DNA from: Candidatus Promineifilaceae bacterium
Lineage (GTDB): Bacteria; Chloroflexota; Anaerolineae; Promineifilales; Promineifilaceae
Reading direction: 5' to 3'
DNA: 64,000 nt
Assembly (NCBI GenBank): GCA_046259725.1
Contig: JBJYWZ010000663.1
Coordinates: 16,098-80,097 of the forward strand
How positions within the stretch are numbered: position 1 is the first letter of the stretch; the number at the start of each line of letters is the position of its first letter. Positions 8,460-18,238 of the stretch are shown one piece after another. Both the position numbers and the translations under genes were made by a program. The notes beneath the pieces were generated by a model. The model was given only the letters and a program-made list of their open reading frames with translations, searched no databases and had not been told where the DNA came from.

Positions 8460-10736
8460 TTATTCCCCGCTGACTACCGGCAGCAGCACGGCATGGGAAT
8501 AGATAAATGCCATTTCCGTGCTGATGTCCGATGAAGAATGCGGTACTTCCCGGTTGCCCAGCTCATCGACCGCCTGGCTGCGAAACTGGTATATCGCAGA
8601 GGAATCAGGGGGAGAGAAAACGGCATTGGTTGCCGGTGTGTCGCTTAACCAGGATTGCCACGTCTCTTCTCCTTTTTGGCGGTATTCAATGTTATATGCA
8701 GCGACTCCACTTAAGGCATCGACTCCCTGCCAAAATATCCTATAGACGCCGGCTTGTTCAAAGAAATACAGTTTGCGCACGTTCGAAGCCGGTGGCTGCG
8801 AGTCGATGCCAAAGCGATTGGCAGTAGAGGGATATTCGTTGCCGGATTCTGTCCTGACCAGCACTCTCCAATAGAGCTGAGCATAATCAGTGCCAAAATC
8901 CACCGTTGTGCTGAGGATCGCACCCGGCCATTCTTCGCTGACGATAAGATCCTCAAATGCTTCATCTTCAGCGACCTGGAAAATAGTGGCCTTAACTTTT
9001 TCCTGGTTTTCAATTTGCCAGGAAAAGGCGATATCGCGCTCGCTTAGCCAGCTTCCGTCTGACGGCGATCTCGTGTCTGCCTGGGGAAGCAGCTCAATGG
9101 GCAGCAATCGGATCGCGTCAAACCAGACGCCACGTCCACTATCTGTCTCAGTGAGATCGCTGAGGGAGACGGTGGTCTGGCTGCCGGCATTGAGCGTGAA
9201 TTCACCAAGTGAAGTCCAAAGCCCGACGCGATCGTTTTGATCGACAATAGTGCTGCTGGAACCTTTGGCATGTTCCACAACATAATGTGCACCTGACGTT
9301 TCCGGCTCCCCGGTATTGCAGTAAGGCGCGTAGACTTCAATGCGGTATCGGCCGCTTTCAGGGATCAGTGGATGCCAGGCACCTGAATTGGCCGATTTGG
9401 CGGGATCAGTGGTTGACCATGTGTACCAGGAATGTGCATTGTGACCGCACTGAAGCGGCCCATCATACCAGTTGGCGTTACTTTTCTGGAAACTTGAGCT
9501 AAGTTCATCTATATAAATATAAGGATGTTCAATGCCTGTGCGCGCGGCGACGTCACCGCGCATTTTGGGGAGCAGAGCATGCGCGACGCCACCCGGACAT
9601 TCGGTCGTGCCGTAGACATCGCGATGTCCCATCAGGTTCGGCAGCCCCCAATCAATATTGGGCAGCGTATCGCTGGCGTCCAGGACGTCAATATTCTTTT
9701 GATCAGCTTTCCATGCAAAGAGATCAATTGCCGAATCATACATAGGTCCCGGTGGGGTCGTCAGAGAATAGTTGCCGATCATTGCCAGGGCCATCGTGCC
9801 CGCATTCGCCCCGGAAGCGTGAATGCCAACGACGTCATCGCCGCCCAAATGCCCCTCGTATATCACGCCTTTTGTGTCGACAAGGAAGTTATAACCAATA
9901 TCCGCCCAGCCGCGGCCTGATGTATGGTAAGCCCATATCGCGCGTACGATCGCCGCGGAGTCACCATCAGCTCCAGTCCCTGAGACAGTGTGATGCAATA
10001 TCAGGTGGGTCACAGGTTCGTATTCGAGACCATCCGTATAGTCACAGGCCGGATTCGTGCACCAGACGTCACGGCTGATCACGAAGGGTTTGGGATTGTC
10101 GGTAGCAGCATCAGTAGTGAATCCCGGCTCCCGGGAGCTGTCAAGCTCCTGCTGCTGCAGGATCATTTCTTCTACGGTCGGTCCATCTGTAGAATCGATG
10201 AAGGTGAGTCGCAGTTCGCGCAAGAGGGGCATGCTCAATGGATCCGCGCCGCTCAGTGTAATCCTGTACTGCATGAATTGATGTTTTGTGTCGCCCGCAG
10301 GGACGATCAACATCTCGCCTACAACGTCTTCATCGTCCGGCTGCATCCAATCAAATGCCGCGTGTATCGAGATCCAATCTCCCAATTCAGCGGGATCGCT
10401 TCCGGTGCGCAGTTCAACCTGTATTTCACTGTTTTCCGGCTGATCAATGATCCATTGTGGAACCAGTGCGTTAAACTCGATCGGCGCCTTCAACGGACCT
10501 GATAGATAGACGCCGGCGCTCGCATCGCGGTCAGGCATTATGCCTTCCGGCAGCAGGGCCATGTCGGAAGCATGGTCGCCCTGGAAGTCTCCCGGCGAGA
10601 TCACGAGATCCTGCATAATTATCGCCGGAGCTTGCGCTTCTACGGTTCTCTGGAAAGACGGGGTTTCTAATGGTGCGATGCGGTTGCAGGACGTAACCGC
10701 GACGGTCAGAAGCAGCAGGAAAAAGTATCTCGACAT
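8460..10736 (-). CDS. Secreted lipoprotein with central N-acetylmuramoyl-L-alanine amidase (Amidase_2/PGRP) domain
   Basis: 758 aa. Lipobox LLLTVAVTSC. Amidase_2 core LILHHTVSG...WADIGYNFLVDTKGVIYEGH...GHRDVYGTTECPG. Large flanking N- and C-terminal beta-rich regions. Confidence 0.8.
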   Translation of the reverse strand: MSRYFFLLLLTVAVTSCNRIAPLETPSFQRTVEAQAPAIIMQDLVISPGDFQGDHASDMALLPEGIMPDRDASAGVYLSGPLKAPIEFNALVPQWIIDQPENSEIQVELRTGSDPAELGDWISIHAAFDWMQPDDEDVVGEMLIVPAGDTKHQFMQYRITLSGADPLSMPLLRELRLTFIDSTDGPTVEEMILQQQELDSSREPGFTTDAATDNPKPFVISRDVWCTNPACDYTDGLEYEPVTHLILHHTVSGTGADGDSAAIVRAIWAYHTSGRGWADIGYNFLVDTKGVIYEGHLGGDDVVGIHASGANAGTMALAMIGNYSLTTPPGPMYDSAIDLFAWKADQKNIDVLDASDTLPNIDWGLPNLMGHRDVYGTTECPGGVAHALLPKMRGDVAARTGIEHPYIYIDELSSSFQKSNANWYDGPLQCGHNAHSWYTWSTTDPAKSANSGAWHPLIPESGRYRIEVYAPYCNTGEPETSGAHYVVEHAKGSSSTIVDQNDRVGLWTSLGEFTLNAGSQTTVSLSDLTETDSGRGVWFDAIRLLPIELLPQADTRSPSDGSWLSERDIAFSWQIENQEKVKATIFQVAEDEAFEDLIVSEEWPGAILSTTVDFGTDYAQLYWRVLVRTESGNEYPSTANRFGIDSQPPASNVRKLYFFEQAGVYRIFWQGVDALSGVAAYNIEYRQKGEETWQSWLSDTPATNAVFSPPDSSAIYQFRSQAVDELGNREVPHSSSDISTEMAFIYSHAVLLPVVSGE

Positions 10737-10825
10737 CTTATCTCATCACTCCTCTAGCACATGCTATTTCATGATCGATAGCTGCGTTACTCAACCAGCA
10801 AGCGTTACACACGCCCCTAAGCATA

Positions 10826-11812
10826 CTAATAGCCCAAGTTTATGTCAACTAAATTTGATACCCGCTCATTTCTTGCGGCGGCATTGAGCAATACAGCGAG
10901 ATGGTCCATGCGAAGGTGTTCGATCTCCCTGGTCAATCCGGCGCGATGAGGGCTCATCACGACGTTTTCAAGCTCCCAGAACGGGTATTCGGCGGGAAAT
11001 GTCGAAGCGCGACTTTGTTCATCCTCGGGATAGCTATACCAGACATCCAGCCCGGCGGCCCCCAGGGCGCGGTTCTTAAGTGCCTTAAAAAGCGCTTCTT
11101 CATCAACAATGCGAGCACGGCCGATATTGACTAAAACACTCTCAGGCGGCAGCAATGCCAGCTCGCGATCGCCGATCAACCCTTCAGTCTCAGGGGTAAG
11201 GGGCAGGGCGACAATGAGTGTCTGTGCACGGGGAAGTAGATCGTTCAGCTTCTGGGGAGGGTATATTTCATCAGCAATCTCATCTGAATCCCCGGGGGCT
11301 GCGCTGCGCCTGGTAGCAATGACGTTCATGCCCATTGACTTGCAAATCCGGGCAACGCGACGGCCGATCTCACCGTAACCCAGGATAAGGGCCGTTCTGT
11401 TGTTCAGCGTCAGCGAGGGGGCCGGCTTCTGATAGCGCAGTCGCCAGTCTCCCTTTCTTAGCGCCTGGTCCATGGGAATGAGATTCTTTGCAGCCGCCAA
11501 CAAGAGCGCCGCCGCCATTTCGGCGACCGGCGTTGCATTGTGGTGCAGGTTGTGAAGCGCTATACCCGGAAAATCGGCCAGCAGATCCCGCGTTTCAGGC
11601 GGAATTCCCGTCCAGGGTACTATCAGCATCTTCAGGTCGTCATTGGCCAGGAGTAGTTCACGGTCAGGTCGGCCCGAAACCAATATGTGAATATCTCCAG
11701 ACTTTGCACTCTTTTCACCGCTCGTCAGACGAACAGCGGGATCGAGTTGGGCGGAAAGATAGTCTGCGATCTGCGAATCAAGTTCAGACAAATAATGGAC
11801 ATTGAGGGTCAT
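10826..11812 (-). CDS. D-isomer-specific 2-hydroxyacid dehydrogenase
   Basis: 328 aa. NAD-binding ILGYGEIGRRVA, and catalytic R/E/H context (NIGRARIVDE ... SPHRAG). Confidence 0.85.
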   Translation of the reverse strand: MTLNVHYLSELDSQIADYLSAQLDPAVRLTSGEKSAKSGDIHILVSGRPDRELLLANDDLKMLIVPWTGIPPETRDLLADFPGIALHNLHHNATPVAEMAAALLLAAAKNLIPMDQALRKGDWRLRYQKPAPSLTLNNRTALILGYGEIGRRVARICKSMGMNVIATRRSAAPGDSDEIADEIYPPQKLNDLLPRAQTLIVALPLTPETEGLIGDRELALLPPESVLVNIGRARIVDEEALFKALKNRALGAAGLDVWYSYPEDEQSRASTFPAEYPFWELENVVMSPHRAGLTREIEHLRMDHLAVLLNAAARNERVSNLVDINLGY

Positions 11813-11872
11813 AGTTCATTTCCAGGAACAGAATCGTTCAGATGATCTAAATAGGGTCAGGTCTGGGCGATC

Positions 11873-12790
11873 TCAATCGACAGCAGCGGGCACATCTTTG
11901 AGTTTGGCCGCTCCATTTTTGTATCGGCTGTGCCGCACGCCTTCCAGTGTATAAATGATGAGTGCCAGCCAGATGAAGACAAAGCCCAGTAGCTGACTGC
12001 GATTGAAGGGTTCGTCGTAAACAAATAGGCCTAGTAAGAACTGCATCGTGGGCGCTATATACTGCAGCAAGCCAAGATTGGTGAGCGTGATGCGCTTGGC
12101 GGCGGCACCGAACAGTAGGAGTGGTATTCCGGTGACCAGGCCCGTTCCCACCAGCAAAAGTGTTATCCGAGGATCGCCGCCGGCAAAAGAACCTGTTCCA
12201 TTCGCGTTTAACACGAGCAGGTAAGCCAGGGCCGGAATAAAGTAAACAGCCGTTTCGAATGTGAGGCCTTCCGTGCTGTCCAATGATCCTGTTTTACGCA
12301 GCAGACCGTAAAAACCAAAGCTGAGCGCCAGTGTAATGGCTATCCAGGGGAAAGATCCATAGACGGCCGTCAGGTAGAGCACGCCTCCAGCGGCCAAAAG
12401 CAGAGCAACCATTTGTGCGCCGCGCAAGCGTTCATGTAAGAACAATAAGCCCAGCAGGACGTTTATTAACGGGTTAATGAAGTACCCGAGGCTGGTCTCA
12501 ATGATGTAGCCCGCATTGACGGCCCAGATATAGGTCAGCCAGTTTACGGCGAGCAGTGTGGCGGTGGCCAGATAGGTTAGAATCAGTCGTCGTTCGTGCA
12601 GGCTTGGGCGCAGCCAGCGCCAGTGCCTCCTGAAAGTCAGCAAGGCGGCGACAAACACCAGCGTCCAGACCATACGATTGGCCAGGATCTCCGGAGCGGG
12701 CACCGTTTTCAGCGCCTTCCAGTAGATAGGCAGAAGCCCCCATAATGTATAGGCGCCGATGCCATATAGGGTGCCGCGGCTAATTTTCAT
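11873..12790 (-). CDS. rarD: EamA/RarD-family transporter
   Basis: 305 aa, 10 helices. N-terminus GTLYGIGAYTLWGLLPIYWK matches the RarD-type start. Confidence 0.75.
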   Translation of the reverse strand: MKISRGTLYGIGAYTLWGLLPIYWKALKTVPAPEILANRMVWTLVFVAALLTFRRHWRWLRPSLHERRLILTYLATATLLAVNWLTYIWAVNAGYIIETSLGYFINPLINVLLGLLFLHERLRGAQMVALLLAAGGVLYLTAVYGSFPWIAITLALSFGFYGLLRKTGSLDSTEGLTFETAVYFIPALAYLLVLNANGTGSFAGGDPRITLLLVGTGLVTGIPLLLFGAAAKRITLTNLGLLQYIAPTMQFLLGLFVYDEPFNRSQLLGFVFIWLALIIYTLEGVRHSRYKNGAAKLKDVPAAVD

Positions 12791-12814
12791 AGATGGCCGG
12801 AAGCGCGGTTTTCT

Positions 12815-13591
12815 CTAGCGACCTTGCCACTCCGCTTTGCGCTTGTTGACAAAGGCGTCCATGCCCTCTTTTTGATCTTGCGTACTGAAGAGCATAAAGA
12901 AGAGATTGCGTTCCAGGTCAAGACCCGCGTGCAGCGGAGTTTCATAGACGTTATTGATAGCTCTCTTGGCCAGGCGGACAGCGATTGGTGCGCGGGCCGC
13001 GATTTCGGCGGCAAGCGTCTTCGCCTCGCCGAGATAGGATTCTAATGGGGCGACGCGGTTGACGAGACCAAACTGCAGGGCTTCTTCAGCGCTCAGCATT
13101 CGGCCGTTCAGGACCATTTCCATGGCGACAGCTTTGCCCACGGCATGGGTCAGGCGCTGTGTGCCGCCTGCTCCAGGGATGACGCCGATGTTAATCTCGG
13201 GCTGCCCGAACTTAGCGCTACTGCTGGCCACGATCATGTCGCAGGCCATGGCCAGTTCGCACCCTCCTCCCAGCACATAGCCGGATACGGCGGCAATAAC
13301 GGGCTTGTTAATTTTAGCCAGACGATCCCATTGGTCGATAAAGGAATTCATGAGCATATCCACCGGCGTGGTGTCTCCGGCCATGAACTTAATATCAGCC
13401 CCGGCGGCGAACGCCTTATCATTTCCGGTAATCACCAGGCAGCCGACACTATCATCTTTGTCAAATGCCTCCAGCGCATCCAGTAACTCCTGCATCAGTT
13501 CGGGACTCAATGCATTGTATGCTTTGGGTCTGTTGAGCTGAACGATACCTACATGGTCCTCCGTATTAACGAGAATGAAGTTGTATGCCAT
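12815..13591 (-). CDS. Enoyl-CoA hydratase (crotonase family)
   Basis: 258 aa. VITGNDKAFAAGADIKFM and GGGCELAMACD crotonase signatures. Confidence 0.9.
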   Translation of the reverse strand: MAYNFILVNTEDHVGIVQLNRPKAYNALSPELMQELLDALEAFDKDDSVGCLVITGNDKAFAAGADIKFMAGDTTPVDMLMNSFIDQWDRLAKINKPVIAAVSGYVLGGGCELAMACDMIVASSSAKFGQPEINIGVIPGAGGTQRLTHAVGKAVAMEMVLNGRMLSAEEALQFGLVNRVAPLESYLGEAKTLAAEIAARAPIAVRLAKRAINNVYETPLHAGLDLERNLFFMLFSTQDQKEGMDAFVNKRKAEWQGR

Positions 13592-13666
13592 GTGACCTCC
13601 TCACATTATGGATGGCTGCGGTTAATGAGCAGAGCTGCTGCCCTTTCTGAATAGTGTGGCTGACCG

Positions 13667-14494
13667 CTAGACGCGATAGTCGGTTTCATCTTTTGGCCAC
13701 AATCGCCAGGCTACGATCATGTATGCAATTGTCGCGGTCAGATATAGGTTATTGAGCTGCCCGACGTCCGGTTCAGGGTAAGGCGCAAGAACGATCCAGG
13801 TTGTAAAGCTTTGTACGGACTGGACGACGACGGTTCCAAGCAAGCTTCCGGTTCGCAACCGAATCAGGCCATAGAGAATGCCCCAGATGATGAAGTAAAT
13901 ATACCCGGCCATGCTTTCCGCATAAGACTCCTGGAAGAATAGGATGGCGATGAGGCCGAAGATGATGCCGGAGACCATTGTCGCGGTTAACGGCCCACGC
14001 CAATCTGAGACAGTGCGGAAAATCAGGCCATAAGTCCAGATCTGGGTCGCGAAGGCTTCAAAAAGCAGCAAATAAATGTAGGTACGTCCGGCGTCCGGCG
14101 GGCGCGATTCAATCGCCCAAGGAGCGATAGTGACGAAGAAGATGCGCAGGAGCAGGAAGATGATCCAGAGCAGGGATGCGAATCCCAATCCCGCGGTAAA
14201 TGGCCGACCACCGCGCAAACCCATCGCCGCTGCCCCATACCATCGGAGCCCCAGCAGCCAGCTGCTAATTGCTGCCGAGGATAGGACAAGGGCTGTCATG
14301 GCCTGGTTGGAGACAGCTGCCACATCCCAGATAGCAGCGGCCGCAGATACAACCAGCACGGCCACGGCTGCCGGCCCAACGATGGAGAGTACTGCGCGGA
14401 TGGCCGCTGCCTGGCCGGTCACTGTTTGCTTCGACTGATTCGACATGGGCCGATTGTAGCACCGAATATTTGGCAGCGTAAATCGTTCTGTCAT
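13667..14494 (-). CDS. Multi-pass membrane protein, possibly a degenerate CPBP (CAAX-protease-like) family member
   Basis: 275-aa hydrophobic ORF. The layout resembles CPBP (LLFEAF...IFR; IIFGLIA; GILYGLIRLRTGSLLGTVVVQSVQS), but the usual EE and His residues appear substituted. Alternative ATG at 14446 (MSNQSK...). Confidence 0.4.
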   Translation of the reverse strand: MTERFTLPNIRCYNRPMSNQSKQTVTGQAAAIRAVLSIVGPAAVAVLVVSAAAAIWDVAAVSNQAMTALVLSSAAISSWLLGLRWYGAAAMGLRGGRPFTAGLGFASLLWIIFLLLRIFFVTIAPWAIESRPPDAGRTYIYLLLFEAFATQIWTYGLIFRTVSDWRGPLTATMVSGIIFGLIAILFFQESYAESMAGYIYFIIWGILYGLIRLRTGSLLGTVVVQSVQSFTTWIVLAPYPEPDVGQLNNLYLTATIAYMIVAWRLWPKDETDYRV

Positions 14495-14540
14495 TGGAAC
14501 TCACTCGCTCGGCAACCTACTCTCGGATAAACTCCGGCCC

Positions 14541-15710
14541 GTGGAAACGAGACAGGAACAGTCGATCAATCTACAACTTATCATGCTGATGGCGGCGCGG
14601 TTCGTTTTGAATACCGGACTTCGTTTTGTCTATCCCTTCGCACCTGAACTGGCACGCGGATTAAATGTTCCTCGCCAGGATATTTACTATCTGATCACCT
14701 TAAGAAATCTGACCGGTTTCTTAAGCCCGTTATTTGGTCCGCTATCTGAACGCTATGGCCGTCGATCCGTCCTGGTGCTGGGAATGTTGATATTTTCAGC
14801 GGGAGCACTGATGGTCGTGCTCTGGCCATATTACTGGATCCTGGGAGCTGCGCTCTGCGCAACAGGAATTGCCAAGATATTATACGATCCCGCGATGCAG
14901 GCCTATGTCGGTGAGGAAGTGCCATACCAGCGACGTGGGCGGGCTATTGCTATTACCGAATACTCTTGGTCCCTGGCCCTTATCGTCGGCGTTCCCATCG
15001 TCGGCCTCATTATGCAGCAGCAAGGCTGGCGTTCTCCTTTCCTTTGGCTGGGCATCGGCGGTATTATTGCCGCCGTGCTCCTATGGCGAACAATTCATTC
15101 GCGCGTTGAACAGAACAAGGCATCTGCCAAGAAAGCCGCGGTTATGAATGTCCTGAGGCAGAACCCCGTTGTCATTTATGCGGCGCTGTACATGATTCTC
15201 TTTGTCGCGGCCAATGAAATGCTGTTTATTGTTTTTGGCGGTTGGATGGAAGATTCATTTGGCCTGAGCCTCACCAGTCTGGGCGTCGCCACGGCCATTA
15301 TTGGTGGGGCTGAATTGACCGGGGAAACTATATCCGGTTGGTCCGTCGACCGGTATGGCAAACGACCGGTAATTATCTTTTTCGGAGCCGTCACGGTGCT
15401 CTGTAATATGCTCCTGCCTGTGACCAGCACGACACTGGCCGGTGCCTTGGCCACCCTTTTTGTTCTTTTCTTGTCTTTTGAAATAACAATTGTAGGCGGC
15501 ATTCCGCTGATGACGGAACTGGTTCCCCAGGCGCGAGCCGTCGTGATGTCCATCATTTTGGCAGCGATGTTTGCCGGTCGGACATTGGGTTCGTTTCTTG
15601 GTCCGATAGTCTGGAATTCGTTCGGGTTTAGTGCCGCGGGAATCATCTGGGCCGCGGTTGCCGGCGTGGCTATCTTGATACTATACAGAAAAGTCAAAGT
15701 GGATGCGTAA
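14541..15710 (+). CDS. MFS transporter
   Basis: 389 aa, about 12 helices. Loop motif SERYGRRSVLV. The GTG start at 14541 is uncertain. Confidence 0.85.
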   Translation: METRQEQSINLQLIMLMAARFVLNTGLRFVYPFAPELARGLNVPRQDIYYLITLRNLTGFLSPLFGPLSERYGRRSVLVLGMLIFSAGALMVVLWPYYWILGAALCATGIAKILYDPAMQAYVGEEVPYQRRGRAIAITEYSWSLALIVGVPIVGLIMQQQGWRSPFLWLGIGGIIAAVLLWRTIHSRVEQNKASAKKAAVMNVLRQNPVVIYAALYMILFVAANEMLFIVFGGWMEDSFGLSLTSLGVATAIIGGAELTGETISGWSVDRYGKRPVIIFFGAVTVLCNMLLPVTSTTLAGALATLFVLFLSFEITIVGGIPLMTELVPQARAVVMSIILAAMFAGRTLGSFLGPIVWNSFGFSAAGIIWAAVAGVAILILYRKVKVDA

Positions 15711-15830
15711 CCGCTGCCAATTTGATTTGACCGATCCGGGCGAGTCTGCATCAGTGAACGCAAACAGCTATACTAGACTGTCCGCCCCGGTAACACTCGG
15801 GGCAGGTTTACTTGAAGTGGAGAATGAAAG

Positions 15831-16022
15831 ATGGATGCACTTTGGAACGCTTTACAGCAAGGTGGCATAGAATCATGGCTGATACTGATCGGCGCCATCG
15901 TCGTGGGTGTAATCATACTGCGCATCGTTTTTGAACTGGCCGATATCGTTATAAAAATAGGTTGTTTCTTGGCTTTCGTCATCGGAATCGGATGGTTGTT
16001 GTATACGATTTTTGGCGGCTGA
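15831..16022 (+). CDS. Small two-helix membrane protein, unknown function
   Basis: 63-aa ORF with two clear hydrophobic segments, GGAGAATGAAAG upstream of the ATG, and the same orientation and tight spacing as the next two genes. Confidence 0.4.
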   Translation: MDALWNALQQGGIESWLILIGAIVVGVIILRIVFELADIVIKIGCFLAFVIGIGWLLYTIFGG

Positions 16023-16037
16023 TAGAGAGGAATATTT

Positions 16038-16337
16038 ATGTCTGGAATGAGAAGGGCGACCGTTTATAAGCTGGCATCATCAGCTCATGAAGCCGGGCTG
16101 GAGGTTATGAGAGGCAGCTTGCACCAGGATAATGAGGGGTTTTGGATCATCAACGGCCAGTCGCTTTCGTCCTGGTTGTCGCGGCACAGCGGCGAAGAGG
16201 TCGTCATCGTTTTGGGTTCGCTGGATGATGAACGGCCGATGGATGTACGTACCTGCCGCACCTGCGGTCGGGATTACACAGACCTGGAATGCCCGTACTG
16301 CCGGGCGAACCGTATTCGTTTAAGGGGTCATGCTTAA
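16038..16337 (+). CDS. Small cytoplasmic protein with C-terminal zinc-ribbon, unknown function
   Basis: 99 aa. C-terminal CRTCG-x9-CPYC four-Cys ribbon. The stop lies 2 nt before the next gene's ATG. Confidence 0.45.
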   Translation: MSGMRRATVYKLASSAHEAGLEVMRGSLHQDNEGFWIINGQSLSSWLSRHSGEEVVIVLGSLDDERPMDVRTCRTCGRDYTDLECPYCRANRIRLRGHA

Positions 16338-16339
16338 AT

Positions 16340-17239
16340 ATGAAACGTGTTTTTTTGTTACTAGTACTATTGGCGTCAATGTTGATCTATTCTTCGGCGG
16401 TTTCTTTGGCGCAGCAGCCGGCGAACGAGATTGATTCGGTCCAGATCAGCATTTGGCCTGATTTTGATGATCCGTCGGTGCTGGTCTTATTGACCGGACA
16501 ATTACCGGAGGGAGTCGCACTGCCGGCCGAGGTCTCCATCCCCGTTCCCAATAATGCCGACTTAAACGCCGTAGCCTTTATCGATGATCAGGGTATGGTC
16601 AGTCTTGATTTCGAACAAGGTGATGGTGTGGTTACATTTTCAACCACGAATCCCAGTTTCCGCGTTGAGTATTATGCTCCCTACGAGCAATCCGGCGCGA
16701 TACGCAGCTACGATTTTGAGTGGCTGTCTGATTTCTCAGTGGGCGAATTAACGGTTGAAGTCCAGCAGCCAGCCAATGCAAGTACGCTTACGACTGAGCC
16801 TCAGGCAACAAATGTCTATACCAACCAGATGGATGGGCTTGTCTACCACGGTCTCGACGCGCAGGCTGTACCGGCCGGGACGCCTTACCGGCTCGCTTTC
16901 ACATACGAAATGTCTTCCGACGGCCTCACGGTTAATCCGGCGGCAACTGTCCCTTCGCAAACCAGTGACAGTCAGGCGGTTGCGCCAACTACGGAAACGG
17001 GGATCAACTGGCTGTGGGTGGCCGGGATTGTCGGGCTGGTTGCCCTGGCTGTGGTTGGTACTTGGCTGGCTTCCACGCGCATGAGTAGTGGGAGAAAATC
17101 GACGCGGCCGGTGAAACCGAAGCCGAAGGCAAGAGATACAGTCGGCTCCGGCGTTGTCTACTGTCACAACTGCGGCCAGGCTGCCGATGGTTCCGATTCA
17201 TTTTGCCGGAACTGCGGTACAGAATTGAGGCGTCAGTAA
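16340..17239 (+). CDS. Type-I membrane protein: signal peptide, extracellular domain, TM helix, cytoplasmic zinc-ribbon
   Basis: The ORF track starts at 16289, but the ATG at 16340 gives a classical signal peptide (MKRVFLLLVLLASMLIYSSAVSLA). TM segment WLWVAGIVGLVALAVVGTWLA. C-terminal CHNCG-x10-CRNCG. Confidence 0.6.
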   Translation: MKRVFLLLVLLASMLIYSSAVSLAQQPANEIDSVQISIWPDFDDPSVLVLLTGQLPEGVALPAEVSIPVPNNADLNAVAFIDDQGMVSLDFEQGDGVVTFSTTNPSFRVEYYAPYEQSGAIRSYDFEWLSDFSVGELTVEVQQPANASTLTTEPQATNVYTNQMDGLVYHGLDAQAVPAGTPYRLAFTYEMSSDGLTVNPAATVPSQTSDSQAVAPTTETGINWLWVAGIVGLVALAVVGTWLASTRMSSGRKSTRPVKPKPKARDTVGSGVVYCHNCGQAADGSDSFCRNCGTELRRQ

Positions 17240-17252
17240 ATGCCCCCTCGAT

Positions 17253-17296
17253 AAATAAAAATAGCCGGGCTGGTTCCAGAGCCAGCCCGGCTTTTT
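17253..17296. terminator. Bidirectional rho-independent terminator between convergent genes
   Basis: 11-bp perfect stem AGCCGGGCTGG/CCAGCCCGGCT (17263-17273 / 17282-17292) with an 8-nt loop. An A-run lies upstream and a T-run downstream. Confidence 0.8.
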
Positions 17297-17322
17297 AGTT
17301 TAAACCTTTATCTCGCCGTTCG

Positions 17323-18171
17323 CTATTCTCCAAGGACGTATGTGATTATGTCCTGCAAATCCTGCGGATTCTCGGCCATGCGTAGCGGGAAATTGTCCGG
17401 CATTGCACTGGGCGGTCCGGCACATGGGCCTGTGGGACATTCTTCTACGATGTAGTCACTCGGGTGAAGGACCGAATTATAAACATATTCCTCTGCCGTT
17501 AGTCCCTCAACACGCGTGCCAGAGACCTCTGGGAAATTGCCCACCCATGGCCCGACAGTGGCCGATGCCTCGTCTTCCAAATTACCATGGCAGCCCGAGC
17601 AGCCATATGTCACGAATAACTCCTGGCCGGCGGCCGCATCACCATCAGGGAATTGCTCTGAGAATGCAGCGTAGGTATCAGGCCAATCATAAGTGATTAT
17701 CGGCGCCGAGCAGAGTTCTTCTGTCCCGTAATTCAAGATAAATTGAGTGAGATCGGCAATCTGATCGTCGCGCAAAGGACCGCCAAATTGCTGGGACCAG
17801 GTCGGCATCTGCGTTCCGTAACGGCCGCTTGTGAGCGTTGCATTGATAAAGCTTTCTTTTGTTCCTTCCCAATTCATTGCTTCCATACGAAGCGAGACAT
17901 CACCGCACAGCAGCGGAGCATAGTTGAGAGGAAGGCCGATGCAGCCAATCGGCTCACCTGTGCTGGCATCGTAACATTCTTCCGCCTTGGCGTAGACGCC
18001 ATGACAGGTTGCACAGTTCTGGTTGTAGAGGTGTGCTCCTGCTTCAATCTGGCGCCCAGACCGTGCGGCCGTAAATCTCTCAAGACGGGCAGTTTCGCGA
18101 ATGGCCGCATAGCCTAAGACCATCATGGCAAGCATAAACGAAATTGTTCCAATGATAATCTTAACTTGCAT
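17323..18171 (-). CDS. Membrane-anchored dihaem cytochrome c
   Basis: 282 aa. N-terminal anchor helix and two CxxCH motifs (CATCH, CSGCH). Last gene of the Rieske-cyt b-cyt c operon. Confidence 0.85.
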   Translation of the reverse strand: MQVKIIIGTISFMLAMMVLGYAAIRETARLERFTAARSGRQIEAGAHLYNQNCATCHGVYAKAEECYDASTGEPIGCIGLPLNYAPLLCGDVSLRMEAMNWEGTKESFINATLTSGRYGTQMPTWSQQFGGPLRDDQIADLTQFILNYGTEELCSAPIITYDWPDTYAAFSEQFPDGDAAAGQELFVTYGCSGCHGNLEDEASATVGPWVGNFPEVSGTRVEGLTAEEYVYNSVLHPSDYIVEECPTGPCAGPPSAMPDNFPLRMAENPQDLQDIITYVLGE

Positions 18172-18238
18172 TACTCTCTTCCTTTATCAACGCTACCAAA
18201 TAGAAGTGGATAAGCATTATGAACGCCTGCGCAGATTC

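Noticed and set aside
15176-15763. 195-aa minus-strand ORF
   Set aside because: It is antisense to the MFS transporter 14541..15710. No motifs, and low-complexity Ala/Pro/Thr composition.
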